Positions 31,601-38,604 of a stretch of DNA of 64,000 nt are shown piece after piece; the first letter of the stretch is position 1, and each line of letters opens with the position of its first letter. Source of the stretch: an uncultured archaeon (GTDB lineage: Archaea; Altiarchaeota; Altiarchaeia; IMC4; QMZM01). Location: assembly GCA_964549685.1 (NCBI GenBank), contig CAZJVE010000001.1, forward strand, positions 1 through 64,000, given 5' to 3'. The notes under the pieces are model-generated. The model was not told the DNA's origin. It searched no databases and saw only the letters and a list, made by a program, of their open reading frames with translations. Made by a program: the position numbers and the translations under genes.

Positions 31601-33387
31601 ACAATCTGGTCCCAGATGCTCGTCCTCAGGAAGTCCATGTCCTTTGCTTCATAGAAAACCCTGCCCCATATGGTCCTGCCATTTGTCTCCTGGTCGATGA
31701 GGAATGTCCTGACCTCCTCGGTTGATTTGAGGAGGTTGTCTTTGTAGATGGCCTCGCCCTCAGGGCCTTCAAGGAATTTGCCGTCGGCATCCTCGAGGAA
31801 GAGGTAGAATTCTCCTAGAAGCGCTCCACCTGAACCCCTGACCTTCATATCAGCATACTGGTAGGGTCTGCCCAGAGAATCAGAGAAATGCTCAGAATCC
31901 TTTATCTCTATCTCAAAGCTCTCGGCGACCCCCAGCATGCCCATGATGGCAAATTTCGGACCGAACCCCAGGTTCTTGTACGACTTCGCAATATAGGGGT
32001 TCGCACCTATCCCCGTCATAGCCATCATCTGAGTGCCTGTCTCGATTGACGTCATGCCGGCCCCTATCATCCTCGCAAAAGCGTATTCGTTGAATATCCT
32101 TGCAATTCCTTTGCCCTTGTATTCCTCGAACATTGAATCCTCTATCCCAATGATGTCCACGACTCCATGTTTGGGTATAAATCCATAGTCATAGTCCATG
32201 TAGGCAATCTTTGTGCCGTCAAGCTTGTAGAGTCCGTCATTAAAGTAGGCTTCGACTACAACATCTACCTCCACCTTAGCAGTTTCCATAATGCTCTCAT
32301 ATATGAACTCCTGCCCTGCAAGAGGGTGTCCTGATTTGGGCTTTATACGATAGCTTCTCTTAACCCTATTCGCATCCACTTGTTCCTCTCCCAGGAATTC
32401 GGCAATCTCGAAGGAGGGGTATTCTGATTCAGTCCCTCCAACGATGCAGGCGTCTCCTTCGCCGCTGCTGGTGCCTATCTTGTCTCCGCCGCCGGAGGAT
32501 GGCGGAACGGAGATTGCGCTGCCGATGATTGGGGGGGCGGAGATTTTGGGGCTTGGGGCCTGGGGAGCGGGACCTGAGCCTTGGGAGATTTTAAGGCTGG
32601 GTGCCGAGGGGGCGGAGATTTTGGGGCTTGGGGATGGGGGGGATTCTTCAGTAGTGCAGCTGGTGGTTCCGTCGGGTGGTTCTGTTGGGCCGCCTGTGTC
32701 GCAGCCGGAGCCGCCGCCTCCCGAGGGGGCTTCGCCTCCGTCACAGCCGGAACCGCCTCCGCCCTCTGGGCCGCCTATGTCGCAGCTTTTGCCTCCGCCG
32801 CCAGGGGGAGCGCCGGCAATTGCCATAGTATAGAGACCCATCAGCCCGAGCATGTCTGATATGATGTCCAGCTTCATCTTTATCGGGCCTGCCTCCTTCT
32901 CTGCCTCCAGTTGTATGAGCTGCTCGGTGATGAACTTCTCCTGCATGAGGATTTTGCACTCCTCTGTTCCGGAGACGTAGACGTCATCGTCTTCAGTAGA
33001 GAGCTCCAGCTCATTGGTCGAGGTGCTTGTGAAGAGGATGAAGGCGCCTGATTCGAATACCGTTATTTCGTCGCTTCCGGTGGTGTGGCTTGCGGCAGGG
33101 GGGTCCTGGATGTTCTCCAGCTCAAGCTGGGGACCCTGGTCTATATCCAGGGTTATGTCCTTTCCTTCAGGGATGTATCCATAAACGAAATAGCCCCATT
33201 TACCCATGGCCTTGAACTCAACAGGGTAGGTGCAGTATTCTATCAGGGCATCTCCATCAGAAGCGCCGGGGGCTATGTCGAGCTCCCTGCAGTATCCATC
33301 GGCGAGAACCATCTGGGCCATGGACAGGGTGAGGACTATGTAAACGGAGAATAAAACCAGTGTCTTCCTCAGGTTTGGCTTCCTCAT
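25678..33387 (-). CDS. Giant (2569 aa) exported multidomain protein: signal peptide, Gly/Pro/Cys linker, GNAT, SAM-MTase-like, GNAT, 4x nucleotidyltransferase, coiled coil, C-terminal TM helices
   Basis: Uninterrupted ORF; EYKGKGIA/EFQGKGLA plus NP.IAKSY..L.F; YYPASSMD/IYVDP/LKEGG; four GS...DhD motifs; hydrophobic C-terminus. Confidence 0.85.
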   Translation of the reverse strand: MRKPNLRKTLVLFSVYIVLTLSMAQMVLADGYCRELDIAPGASDGDALIEYCTYPVEFKAMGKWGYFVYGYIPEGKDITLDIDQGPQLELENIQDPPAASHTTGSDEITVFESGAFILFTSTSTNELELSTEDDDVYVSGTEECKILMQEKFITEQLIQLEAEKEAGPIKMKLDIISDMLGLMGLYTMAIAGAPPGGGGKSCDIGGPEGGGGSGCDGGEAPSGGGGSGCDTGGPTEPPDGTTSCTTEESPPSPSPKISAPSAPSLKISQGSGPAPQAPSPKISAPPIIGSAISVPPSSGGGDKIGTSSGEGDACIVGGTESEYPSFEIAEFLGEEQVDANRVKRSYRIKPKSGHPLAGQEFIYESIMETAKVEVDVVVEAYFNDGLYKLDGTKIAYMDYDYGFIPKHGVVDIIGIEDSMFEEYKGKGIARIFNEYAFARMIGAGMTSIETGTQMMAMTGIGANPYIAKSYKNLGFGPKFAIMGMLGVAESFEIEIKDSEHFSDSLGRPYQYADMKVRGSGGALLGEFYLFLEDADGKFLEGPEGEAIYKDNLLKSTEEVRTFLIDQETNGRTIWGRVFYEAKDMDFLRTSIWDQIVWLGGKCPGELAYYPASSMDPSLFMETAAKTGIYVDPDASLSNSDGIRVKLWATAKEYGMDPDIPFSSIQVEEVEPQKFKVTFEYKGDTKTIWFYNKDANTFFPPELEGGYNTYYERWFLNYDIEPEVKAKIINRLKEGGTHMVMGRSDPAKPIFEEFPELLGLKEITRDHLVKDKYYGEDRFQICKKVTELSEDLSLKILKDVYPHAEDAFYARKGYRGTTLSQNIESFEYSLGKIEETMGEISTQHHEFIIKALDEDIIKKVTKSDVNPSISTTELISETSKKFCEFKAKFGFADVCPVEVPGEDVKVDPACAGGIEKDYPSFEIVEFLGEEQEGENAVRRRYRIKPKSGHPLAGQEFIYESVKTSTDIPFEDAASFEDALYKLDETKPDLRGKNIAFRNYQRGITEGVGQLNLISLNYEVFDEFQGKGLAKIFHEYAIARFLEADITVIQTTNLMDPQVMGANPFIAKSYRALKFAPVMDIIGTLESADQFSISIVNSQFTDSQGRPYQYADITVKDTYGNAIVEQLFLFLEDANGKFLEGPEGEAVYKNNLIGRPTEEVRAFLIDQETKGRTLWGNIPWEAKDLDFLKTEIWDKIDWVCPEGCARFPDTFPETRESFHLRDPSTLEPIIDPATGKPKNLIDTIEQKTLPEVRSRMAAEGIPGDVVIDIYGSNSYFYTLKDGTPVIRYEYINDVDYSLIFSDDVPDSKYSDVANIVKEKLGPDMAEFYGREVGTNVWFTEKLGNLKSLYGDNMPTLIDQAYHGIYIGKGEMLGEIDTILAEVKEKATSDALKARLIYLYDEAHGLAVDGKYEKALKRQIAVSHLMGDKQLTSNMVDLYIEDYPNLNDLFYIFEPQIKAKIDAIGVDMCYKLSRSLTAKEAFNIKNPGGVEYNLLEILEEARVKANSELSTKGAVGIRGSLSYFYDSEGKINWKYVKDLDVIAFDMADDVPFLKHLYDVFQSRGFDPQYDNQFIPQLFSFEVYADVATKRINIDSTGSPPMDWVFADYTEYDPHGMTFIGDSKEIDSLIESLEAMELSAETKESMRDVRVERAKNIVSDYADYEHAYRRLVEAVWVMDNYEVRDQMYAEFVTEFDGAKDFQSLYEKWLPTVEALKLSGLCYKLSKAYTTKDAYLIENTAGQKHNMLDIIYEALKKTGEEGAVAIRGSATSFYESTSKINWKYISDIDMVVIDASPNKFYTELVNSLEGRGFIMHPSGYAVEVRVNGETKMLGLDYLGQSQKYVLDPALIKDYYAEGMTLVADKERLESLQTAIEELKSTERVKARYEIILKSAKDLAYKNDYEKACRRLANAAVVLDDYGVRDGIYAEFVTEFDGAKDFQSLYEKWLPTVEALKLSGLCYKLSKAHTTKDAYLIENTKTELPPEQRVHNLLDIIHEALKVAQETTGEEGAVGIKGSTQYLYESPEKINWKYPKDIDMFAIDVSDNEFLARLVEEFTKRDFEVLPGDPDQGYDFAVKVREGGEEVIINLDRIGETKDEVFDPTRIKESYPEDMTFVGDQEQIDDITSRIEALKSAVRTEIRHGYLMEQAEDWAFVNDFEKASKRLVEAAYTVDSFELRDQMYAEFKAEFDGAKDFKPLYEKYHPIVDALKPQSRAKILDSARRYLEYSESMERYRVLLSTAIKELDEAKAIDVETKVNAFKAEIQADAVLVPDDLAGLEEDIQGIKETLTKAKEVLAVAKDLGALEDDVVRIKVHEVMDDLMKGRMDMTEDATSLYEKVGQELLKAKEDFDALPEEKKATWAEKIAEKKNSLKSKLETFIDFTDNVRTKWHQSKYYKRVYEVMEWTHEKLGKLGKDRLATLGKASGVAMVGIGVVQIILEDVGTKLEVMGDNENNPFYVMVGRKMETIATWIGVGFIAMIAIHILIALVKGGLIAALISLAMWLVLFAVLAVIITTGLKYFWCDYLNKSLAGDPICMILYGPAPIAMTASIQGTSGTCTMTGTWDGQSEMNCN
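27470..28338. repeat. 152-bp direct repeat pair (27470-27621 and 28187-28338, one mismatch) inside the giant gene
   Basis: Both encode YAEFVTEFDGAKDFQSLYEKWLPTVEALKLSGLCYKLSKA(H/Y)TTKDAYLIE; a diverged partial copy lies near 26810-26870. Confidence 0.95.
29885..32352. repeat. Repeat blocks shared by the two GNAT modules (30511-30570 vs 32293-32352; 29885-29925 vs 31682-31722)
   Basis: 60-bp and 41-bp blocks, each with two mismatches by eye. Confidence 0.88.
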
Positions 33388-34031
33388 TTTTTGGTGATTT
33401 TGAGGTTTATTGTTGCCGAGCCGGTGTCAATGTTCCTTGTCTCTGAGGTCTCTATGTTGACCTGTGTCTCCTCGCAGATGCAGGTTCCCCTGGCCTCCTC
33501 GAATTCTATGCTTACGTAGTAGGGGGTTCTGATTTGTGTGTCATCCACTGTATCTCCAAGGCAGGTCATTGTGGGGGAGTAGACCTCCTTTATGCCGATA
33601 TAGTTTCCATCGGAGTCCCAGTCGTTGTAGACGGAATAGCAGTGGTTCTCCTGCAGTTCCGTCCTGAGGTCGTAGCTGCCGTATTCCTGCAGTGCCCTCT
33701 CGACTCCCTGAACGAAGTCCGTTTCAAGGGGGATTGTTTCGGGGCCGCCTCCAACGTCTGTGAGGTTGAACCTGGAGTCGGGTCTTTTGCCTGGGATTCC
33801 CCCAGGGGAATTTATCCATTGATAGGCAAGGAACGCGATTACTACCAGGGCTATTACGGGAAGGATTTTTTTCCATGGGATGTGGTAGGTGAAGGAGTAG
33901 CCCCCTTCAGACCGGGCCTCGTCGACCATGGCTGGGTCGAGGTTCTGGGCTCTGAGGCTCATTCTCAATAGCTCTGGGTCCTCACCCTTCTCGAGCTCCT
34001 GCCTTATCCAGGTTTTTATCCTGTCAGCCAT
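33384..34031 (-). CDS. Single-TM membrane protein with small cytoplasmic helical domain and Cys-containing outer domain
   Basis: IRQELEKGEDPELLRMSL..., TM ILPVIALVVIAFLAY; stop overlaps the giant gene start (ATGA). Confidence 0.75.
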   Translation of the reverse strand: MADRIKTWIRQELEKGEDPELLRMSLRAQNLDPAMVDEARSEGGYSFTYHIPWKKILPVIALVVIAFLAYQWINSPGGIPGKRPDSRFNLTDVGGGPETIPLETDFVQGVERALQEYGSYDLRTELQENHCYSVYNDWDSDGNYIGIKEVYSPTMTCLGDTVDDTQIRTPYYVSIEFEEARGTCICEETQVNIETSETRNIDTGSATINLKITKK

Positions 34032-34033
34032 TT

Positions 34034-34948
34034 TTAGGTATACCAGCAGCCGGCGTCGAATAGCTCATCCAGCTGCTCCTTGGTTATCTTGAACTTGGCC
34101 TTGTCGCCTAAGGTGGAGACCAGCTGTCCGGAAACCTCTGTTGCACCGCATTTGAGCTGCAGGTTGCCGCCGGTTGCGTCTCCGTAGGTGTCTGCGAGGT
34201 CTATCTCTATGTATTTTTCTATGGTAGGCCCTATGCCCCAATCGCATTTCTGGCCGCCCGTCACTCCTGCCTCGCAGGGGTCGCAGTCGCAGGATGAGGC
34301 GACGCCGTAGTCAGAGCATTCATCTACAGTAGCTCCGAAGGCATCGCATTTTTTGCATGAGACGCTTAATAAGCCGGTGGATGCTATCTGGCACGGTCCT
34401 TCAGAAACCTGGCAGGGGTTTCTTATGCAGACCGGGCAGACGCCGTCAGGGTCGATTATACCCCAGATAGCAGTGGGATAGTCAGCGCAGTCTTCAATAT
34501 CCTCTGTCTCGCAGATTTTGCAGTCACTGTTGCCGTCGTCCCACCAGCAGGTTCCGTCGGTTTCGCACGTTGCTCTGGTCGAAAAGTCGCAGGAGCCGCC
34601 ATACTGGAATTCGATGCTTGCGCCGCACCAGCTGAGTCTTGCGTCATGAGGCCCGGTCTGTTTTGGAGGTATGCTCCAGGAAGAGCAGGTTGCAGTCTGG
34701 GGGCTGGCCGGGTCTACTGCAACGTCGGGGTTGCCCTCGGTGCAGTCGTTTGAGTAATCCTGGTAGGAGGTGCTTCCGTTTGCCTTGACCTCCCACTTTA
34801 CCTTGGCTGTGCAGGAGGTCCCTGTCCGCTGGAGGCTTACCTGGAGGGCGGGTATTTCGCAGGTAACCGCGGAGTTGGAAAGCTGAGTGTGGATTGAGAG
34901 AATACCCAGTATTAACAATGTGGTTAGTATCAAATGCTTGGTTTTCAT
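34034..34948 (-). CDS. Secreted Cys-rich protein (about 24 Cys)
   Basis: Signal peptide MKTKHLILTTLLILGIL; internal repeat CKxC...CxDY...CxxxPC; start 2 nt after the upstream stop. Confidence 0.78.
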   Translation of the reverse strand: MKTKHLILTTLLILGILSIHTQLSNSAVTCEIPALQVSLQRTGTSCTAKVKWEVKANGSTSYQDYSNDCTEGNPDVAVDPASPQTATCSSWSIPPKQTGPHDARLSWCGASIEFQYGGSCDFSTRATCETDGTCWWDDGNSDCKICETEDIEDCADYPTAIWGIIDPDGVCPVCIRNPCQVSEGPCQIASTGLLSVSCKKCDAFGATVDECSDYGVASSCDCDPCEAGVTGGQKCDWGIGPTIEKYIEIDLADTYGDATGGNLQLKCGATEVSGQLVSTLGDKAKFKITKEQLDELFDAGCWYT

Positions 34949-34950
34949 CT

Positions 34951-35556
34951 TTAACAATTTGCGATGTATTCCCCGGAGACGAGTGAGGTGCCCGTTGCCC
35001 CGCCCCCAAGGCCGCTTATGCTTATTCCTGTGAAGAGGGCGACTATCAGGGCTGCGATGCCAATTAATACCAAAGCTATGATGAGGAAGAGTATGCACTT
35101 CTTTGCTGCTTCTCTTGTTTCGGGGTCATCCGATGTAAGGAGTTTGATGCCGCAGACCGCGAAAAGCACTGCGACAATTGCAACAGCGAAGTAGGAGAGT
35201 ATTGAGGTGATTTCCATGAGGTTGGATTTGACCTCGCAGACCTCCTTGCAGTTATCTATGCAGGGGGTTTTGGCTTCGGTGGGTGTAACGCCGGAGCAGT
35301 AGGTGTTGCAGCATGTATCGCAGTCAGAACCGAGAAGATTGAGGCCACAGTGGGACATGCCCCCGCAGATTCCTCCGCAGGTTTCCTGGCAGTTGGTTTC
35401 ATTGGTTCCGTTGGTATATACGGTCTTGGTAGTGAAGCCGACGAATTCGTCCGTTGGACCCGCGGGGCAGTCGCAGGAACAGCCCATTAGTTCTATATCT
35501 GCGCTTGCTGTGAGACATAGAACTGATAGTAGTAGGGCTATGGTGAGAAGTCTCAT
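34951..35556 (-). CDS. VirB2/TrbC-like (T4SS pilin-type) membrane hairpin with N-terminal 14-Cys domain
   Basis: Signal peptide; ILSYFAVAIVAVLFAVCGIKLLTSDDPETREAAKKCILFLIIALVLI is a TM-GxK.hhTS.DP..R..AK-TM pattern. Confidence 0.7.
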   Translation of the reverse strand: MRLLTIALLLSVLCLTASADIELMGCSCDCPAGPTDEFVGFTTKTVYTNGTNETNCQETCGGICGGMSHCGLNLLGSDCDTCCNTYCSGVTPTEAKTPCIDNCKEVCEVKSNLMEITSILSYFAVAIVAVLFAVCGIKLLTSDDPETREAAKKCILFLIIALVLIGIAALIVALFTGISISGLGGGATGTSLVSGEYIANC

Positions 35557-35591
35557 GTCATTAAGAATTAGGAATTTTAGGGATATAAGCG

Positions 35592-36278
35592 TTACTTACC
35601 GAACCTTCTCTCCCCGGAGTTGTAGTCATTGATAATTTTGACGAGGTCTTCGCGCTGGAATTCCTGCCAGAGTTTGTCGACAAACTGAATCTCGGAGTAG
35701 GCACATTGCCACAGAAGGAAGTTGCTGATTCTTGATTCGGATGTCCTTATTATTATGTCCGGGTAGCCCTTGACCCAGAGGTTCTTTCTTATGTTTTCCT
35801 CGGTTGGCTCTTCGCCGCTGTCTATAAGCTTGCCCACTGCATGCAACAGCTCTTGCCTTCCTCCATAGGCTATGGCGACGTTGAGGTCGAGGTTGTCATA
35901 GTCCTTAGTAGAATCCTCCAGCTTTGTGAGATTGCCGACTACCTTCTGGCCTATTGGATTACCCACCCCCGCTAAATAGTCAAGGTCGCCGCAGAGGTTT
36001 ATTCTGACCCTGCTGCCGTGTATCCTGCCATTGTTAAGGACGTCCATGGCGTGGTTCGAAAAGAGGTTGAGGAGCGTGTGGACCTCGTCCTTGCCCCTGT
36101 TTTGGATATTCTCGCTCGATAGAACGTAGATAGTAACCTCATTGACTCCAAGGTCAATGCACCAGTCAAGAAAGTCGTGGAACTTCTGGATTCCCATCCT
36201 GTAGGACTCTTCAAGGTTGGCTATTCCGCTCTTCTCCATGAACCTCCTGTTTCCGTCTGGTATTACGCCGATGTGCAT
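35592..36278 (-). CDS. uppS: cis-prenyltransferase (undecaprenyl diphosphate synthase family)
   Basis: HIGVIPDGNRR, LSSEN, AIAYGGRQE, RTSESRISNFLLWQCAYSE; start at MHIGV. Confidence 0.92.
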   Translation of the reverse strand: MHIGVIPDGNRRFMEKSGIANLEESYRMGIQKFHDFLDWCIDLGVNEVTIYVLSSENIQNRGKDEVHTLLNLFSNHAMDVLNNGRIHGSRVRINLCGDLDYLAGVGNPIGQKVVGNLTKLEDSTKDYDNLDLNVAIAYGGRQELLHAVGKLIDSGEEPTEENIRKNLWVKGYPDIIIRTSESRISNFLLWQCAYSEIQFVDKLWQEFQREDLVKIINDYNSGERRFGK

Positions 36279-36323
36279 TCTCAGGCAGGTAATAAATAAG
36301 TATGGTATTAATAAATAAAGAAG

Positions 36324-36797
36324 ATGATGGTTCTTGACGCATCCGGTATCCTTCGCTCCGGGCTGGATTTTTCCGATTCTGGCTATCTGATAACCAGCGG
36401 GGTTCTTCATGAGGTTGAGGAGGATAATGCGAGGACTGCCGTTAATGCTGCGGTGGAGAGGGGTTTTATCCAGGTCAGGGAGCCGGGGGAGGATTCCGTC
36501 GGCAGGGTGAGGGCAGCAGCAGAGAAGTCTGGGGACTTGGAGAGGCTTTCGGAGAACGATGTCTCTGTCCTTGCACTGGCATTGGAGACGAATTCTATAA
36601 TTGTTTCTGATGACTACAATATTCAAAATCTGGCGAGAATTCTCGGTATTAATTATGAGAGGACCTTTCATAAAGGAATAAAAAAGAAATTAACCTGGAT
36701 AAGGGTCTGTGAGGGTTGTGGAAAGGATGGGGAAGGGGAGGTCTGTGATGTCTGCGGCTCTAGAATGAAGAGAGTTCCCAGCCGAACTTCTCCCTGA
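36324..36797 (+). CDS. nob1: NOB1-family PIN endonuclease with Zn ribbon
   Basis: VLDAS, LSENDVSVLALA, SDDYNIQN, CEGC...CDVCG. Confidence 0.88.
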   Translation: MMVLDASGILRSGLDFSDSGYLITSGVLHEVEEDNARTAVNAAVERGFIQVREPGEDSVGRVRAAAEKSGDLERLSENDVSVLALALETNSIIVSDDYNIQNLARILGINYERTFHKGIKKKLTWIRVCEGCGKDGEGEVCDVCGSRMKRVPSRTSP

Positions 36798-37680
36798 GGA
36801 GGTGGTAGGCGCCCTGCGGCGGGATTATTCCCTCCTCCGTTATTAGCATGTCTATCATCTCGGCTGAGGTTATGTCGAATGCGGGATTGAGGACCCTTAT
36901 GCCCCTGATTTTGCCGGGCCGGATGACTTCCTTTGTGTCCCGGTATTCTATGTCGACCATCTCTCCGCCGACGGACTGGGGGGAGAATTTTATGGATTCA
37001 ACAGCAGCAATAAAGTCTATGTCCAGGTCCCTGGCTGCTACGGCTATCTGCGAGGTTCCTATCTTGTTGATTAGGTCGCCGTTGGCGCGGACCGTATCTC
37101 CGCCGACGATGACCTTGTCGACCTTGAACTCCTTCATCATTAAACGGGCTGCAGAATCCACCACGAGAGTGGTGGGGATTTTTGCCTTTGCCAGTGCCTT
37201 TGCAGTCAGGTGGCCCTGGAACCTCGGCCTGGTCTCGGTGCAGATTACCTTGAATTTCTTGCCGTCCTTTTTTGCCTTTGCCAGCAATGCAACAACTGTA
37301 TCTGAGTTGCAGTGGGTCAGGATAACGTCGTTATTATCGATGAGGTTTGCGCCAATCTCGGCGATTCTCTCCAGCGCCCTTTCCTGGTCATCAATAAATT
37401 TCTGGATATCCTTGGACATTGCCTTCCTGAATTCCCCGGCATCCAGTTTTCTGTTCCTGTCGGCGAGGTATAGGACATAGTCAACCGCATTCGGGAGAGA
37501 AACCGCTGTCGGCCTTGCTGCCTTGAGGGTCTTGCTTGCTTTCTTCAGGTCTTTGATTACTGCAGCCGTGCTCTTTCCGTCCAGCTCCTTCTTCATTGCC
37601 CGGGCTGCGGCAATGGCGATGTCAAGGGCGCCCCTGATTCTCATGTCCCTTATGTCCCTGGCTGTCTTATTGACCGACAT
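36760..37680 (-). CDS. Ribose-1,5-bisphosphate isomerase (eIF-2B alpha family)
   Basis: IRGALDIA, RPTAVSL, LTHCNS, ETRPRFQG, NKIGT, NPAFDIT. Confidence 0.88.
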   Translation of the reverse strand: MSVNKTARDIRDMRIRGALDIAIAAARAMKKELDGKSTAAVIKDLKKASKTLKAARPTAVSLPNAVDYVLYLADRNRKLDAGEFRKAMSKDIQKFIDDQERALERIAEIGANLIDNNDVILTHCNSDTVVALLAKAKKDGKKFKVICTETRPRFQGHLTAKALAKAKIPTTLVVDSAARLMMKEFKVDKVIVGGDTVRANGDLINKIGTSQIAVAARDLDIDFIAAVESIKFSPQSVGGEMVDIEYRDTKEVIRPGKIRGIRVLNPAFDITSAEMIDMLITEEGIIPPQGAYHLLREKFGWELSSF

Positions 37681-37716
37681 GTTGTCTTTTTAACTATTTA
37701 AAACATAAAAAGATAT

Positions 37717-38604
37717 ATGGGTTTGCTTTCCGTGGGCGACTTCTCTTCTGATGACCTGAAGTCCGTTATTCAGGAAACTGCAAAGATAAAGGGAAATCCT
37801 TCTGGTTATGACAGCAGGCTTGACGGCAAGACATTGGTGCTTCTATTTGAGAAGCCCTCAACCCGAACAAAGGTTTCTTTCCAGGCCGGGATGTTCCAGC
37901 TTGGGGGCAATGTAATCCATCTGGATATTGACAGGAGCCAGCTGAGCAGGGGGGAGAGTATTGCTGATACTGCGAGAATTCTCTCGAGTTATGCGGATGG
38001 GATTGCAGCAAGGGTTTATGAGCACTCCACCCTGGTTGAGTTGGCGGAGAATTCCTCGGTTCCTGTAATTAGCGCACTGTCGGACCGGGAGCACCCCTGC
38101 CAGACAATCGCTGACCTCTTTACAATCCATGAAAGCGCGGGTGGCTTCGACGGTATAAAGGTTGCCTATGTTGGAGACGGCAATAACGTCTGCAATTCCC
38201 TGATACTTGGCTGCGGAATGCTTGGCATTAGCCTATCGGTGGCTTCTCCGAAGGGTTATGGGCCCGATAAGGACATTGTCAAGAAAGCAGGCGATAAGGT
38301 CGAGATTCTCTCCAGTCCTGAAGAAGCGGCGAAGGACGCAGACTTTCTTTATACAGACGTCTGGGTCAGCATAGGGAAAGAGGGGGAAAAGGAAAAGAGA
38401 GCGAAGGCGTTCAAGGACTATCAGATAAACAAGGAGCTTCTGCAGCATGCGAAGCCCGATTGCAGGGTAATGCACTGCCTTCCCGCTCACAGGGGGGAGG
38501 AGATAGCTGCCGACATGATAAACAGTAAAGGCTCGATAATCTGGACTCAGGCGGAGAATAAGCTTCACGCTCAGAAGGCAATCCTTCTGAAGTTGCTTGG
38601 TTAA
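37717..38604 (+). CDS. argF: Ornithine carbamoyltransferase
   Basis: FEKPSTRT, HPCQ, TDVWVS, MHCLP. Confidence 0.95.
   Translation: MGLLSVGDFSSDDLKSVIQETAKIKGNPSGYDSRLDGKTLVLLFEKPSTRTKVSFQAGMFQLGGNVIHLDIDRSQLSRGESIADTARILSSYADGIAARVYEHSTLVELAENSSVPVISALSDREHPCQTIADLFTIHESAGGFDGIKVAYVGDGNNVCNSLILGCGMLGISLSVASPKGYGPDKDIVKKAGDKVEILSSPEEAAKDADFLYTDVWVSIGKEGEKEKRAKAFKDYQINKELLQHAKPDCRVMHCLPAHRGEEIAADMINSKGSIIWTQAENKLHAQKAILLKLLG

Noticed and set aside
25678-33387. RHS, RTX, CdiA or intein/HINT-type toxin, or S-layer protein
   Set aside because: No YD or GGxGxD repeats, no HINT or cysteine-protease motifs seen; the interior is enzyme-like rather than beta-repeat
35592-36671. N-terminally extended ORF calls (uppS 36671; likewise hisB 42232, dnaJ 50869, 35098)
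   Set aside because: Extensions overlap real neighbouring genes; internal ATGs match family starts
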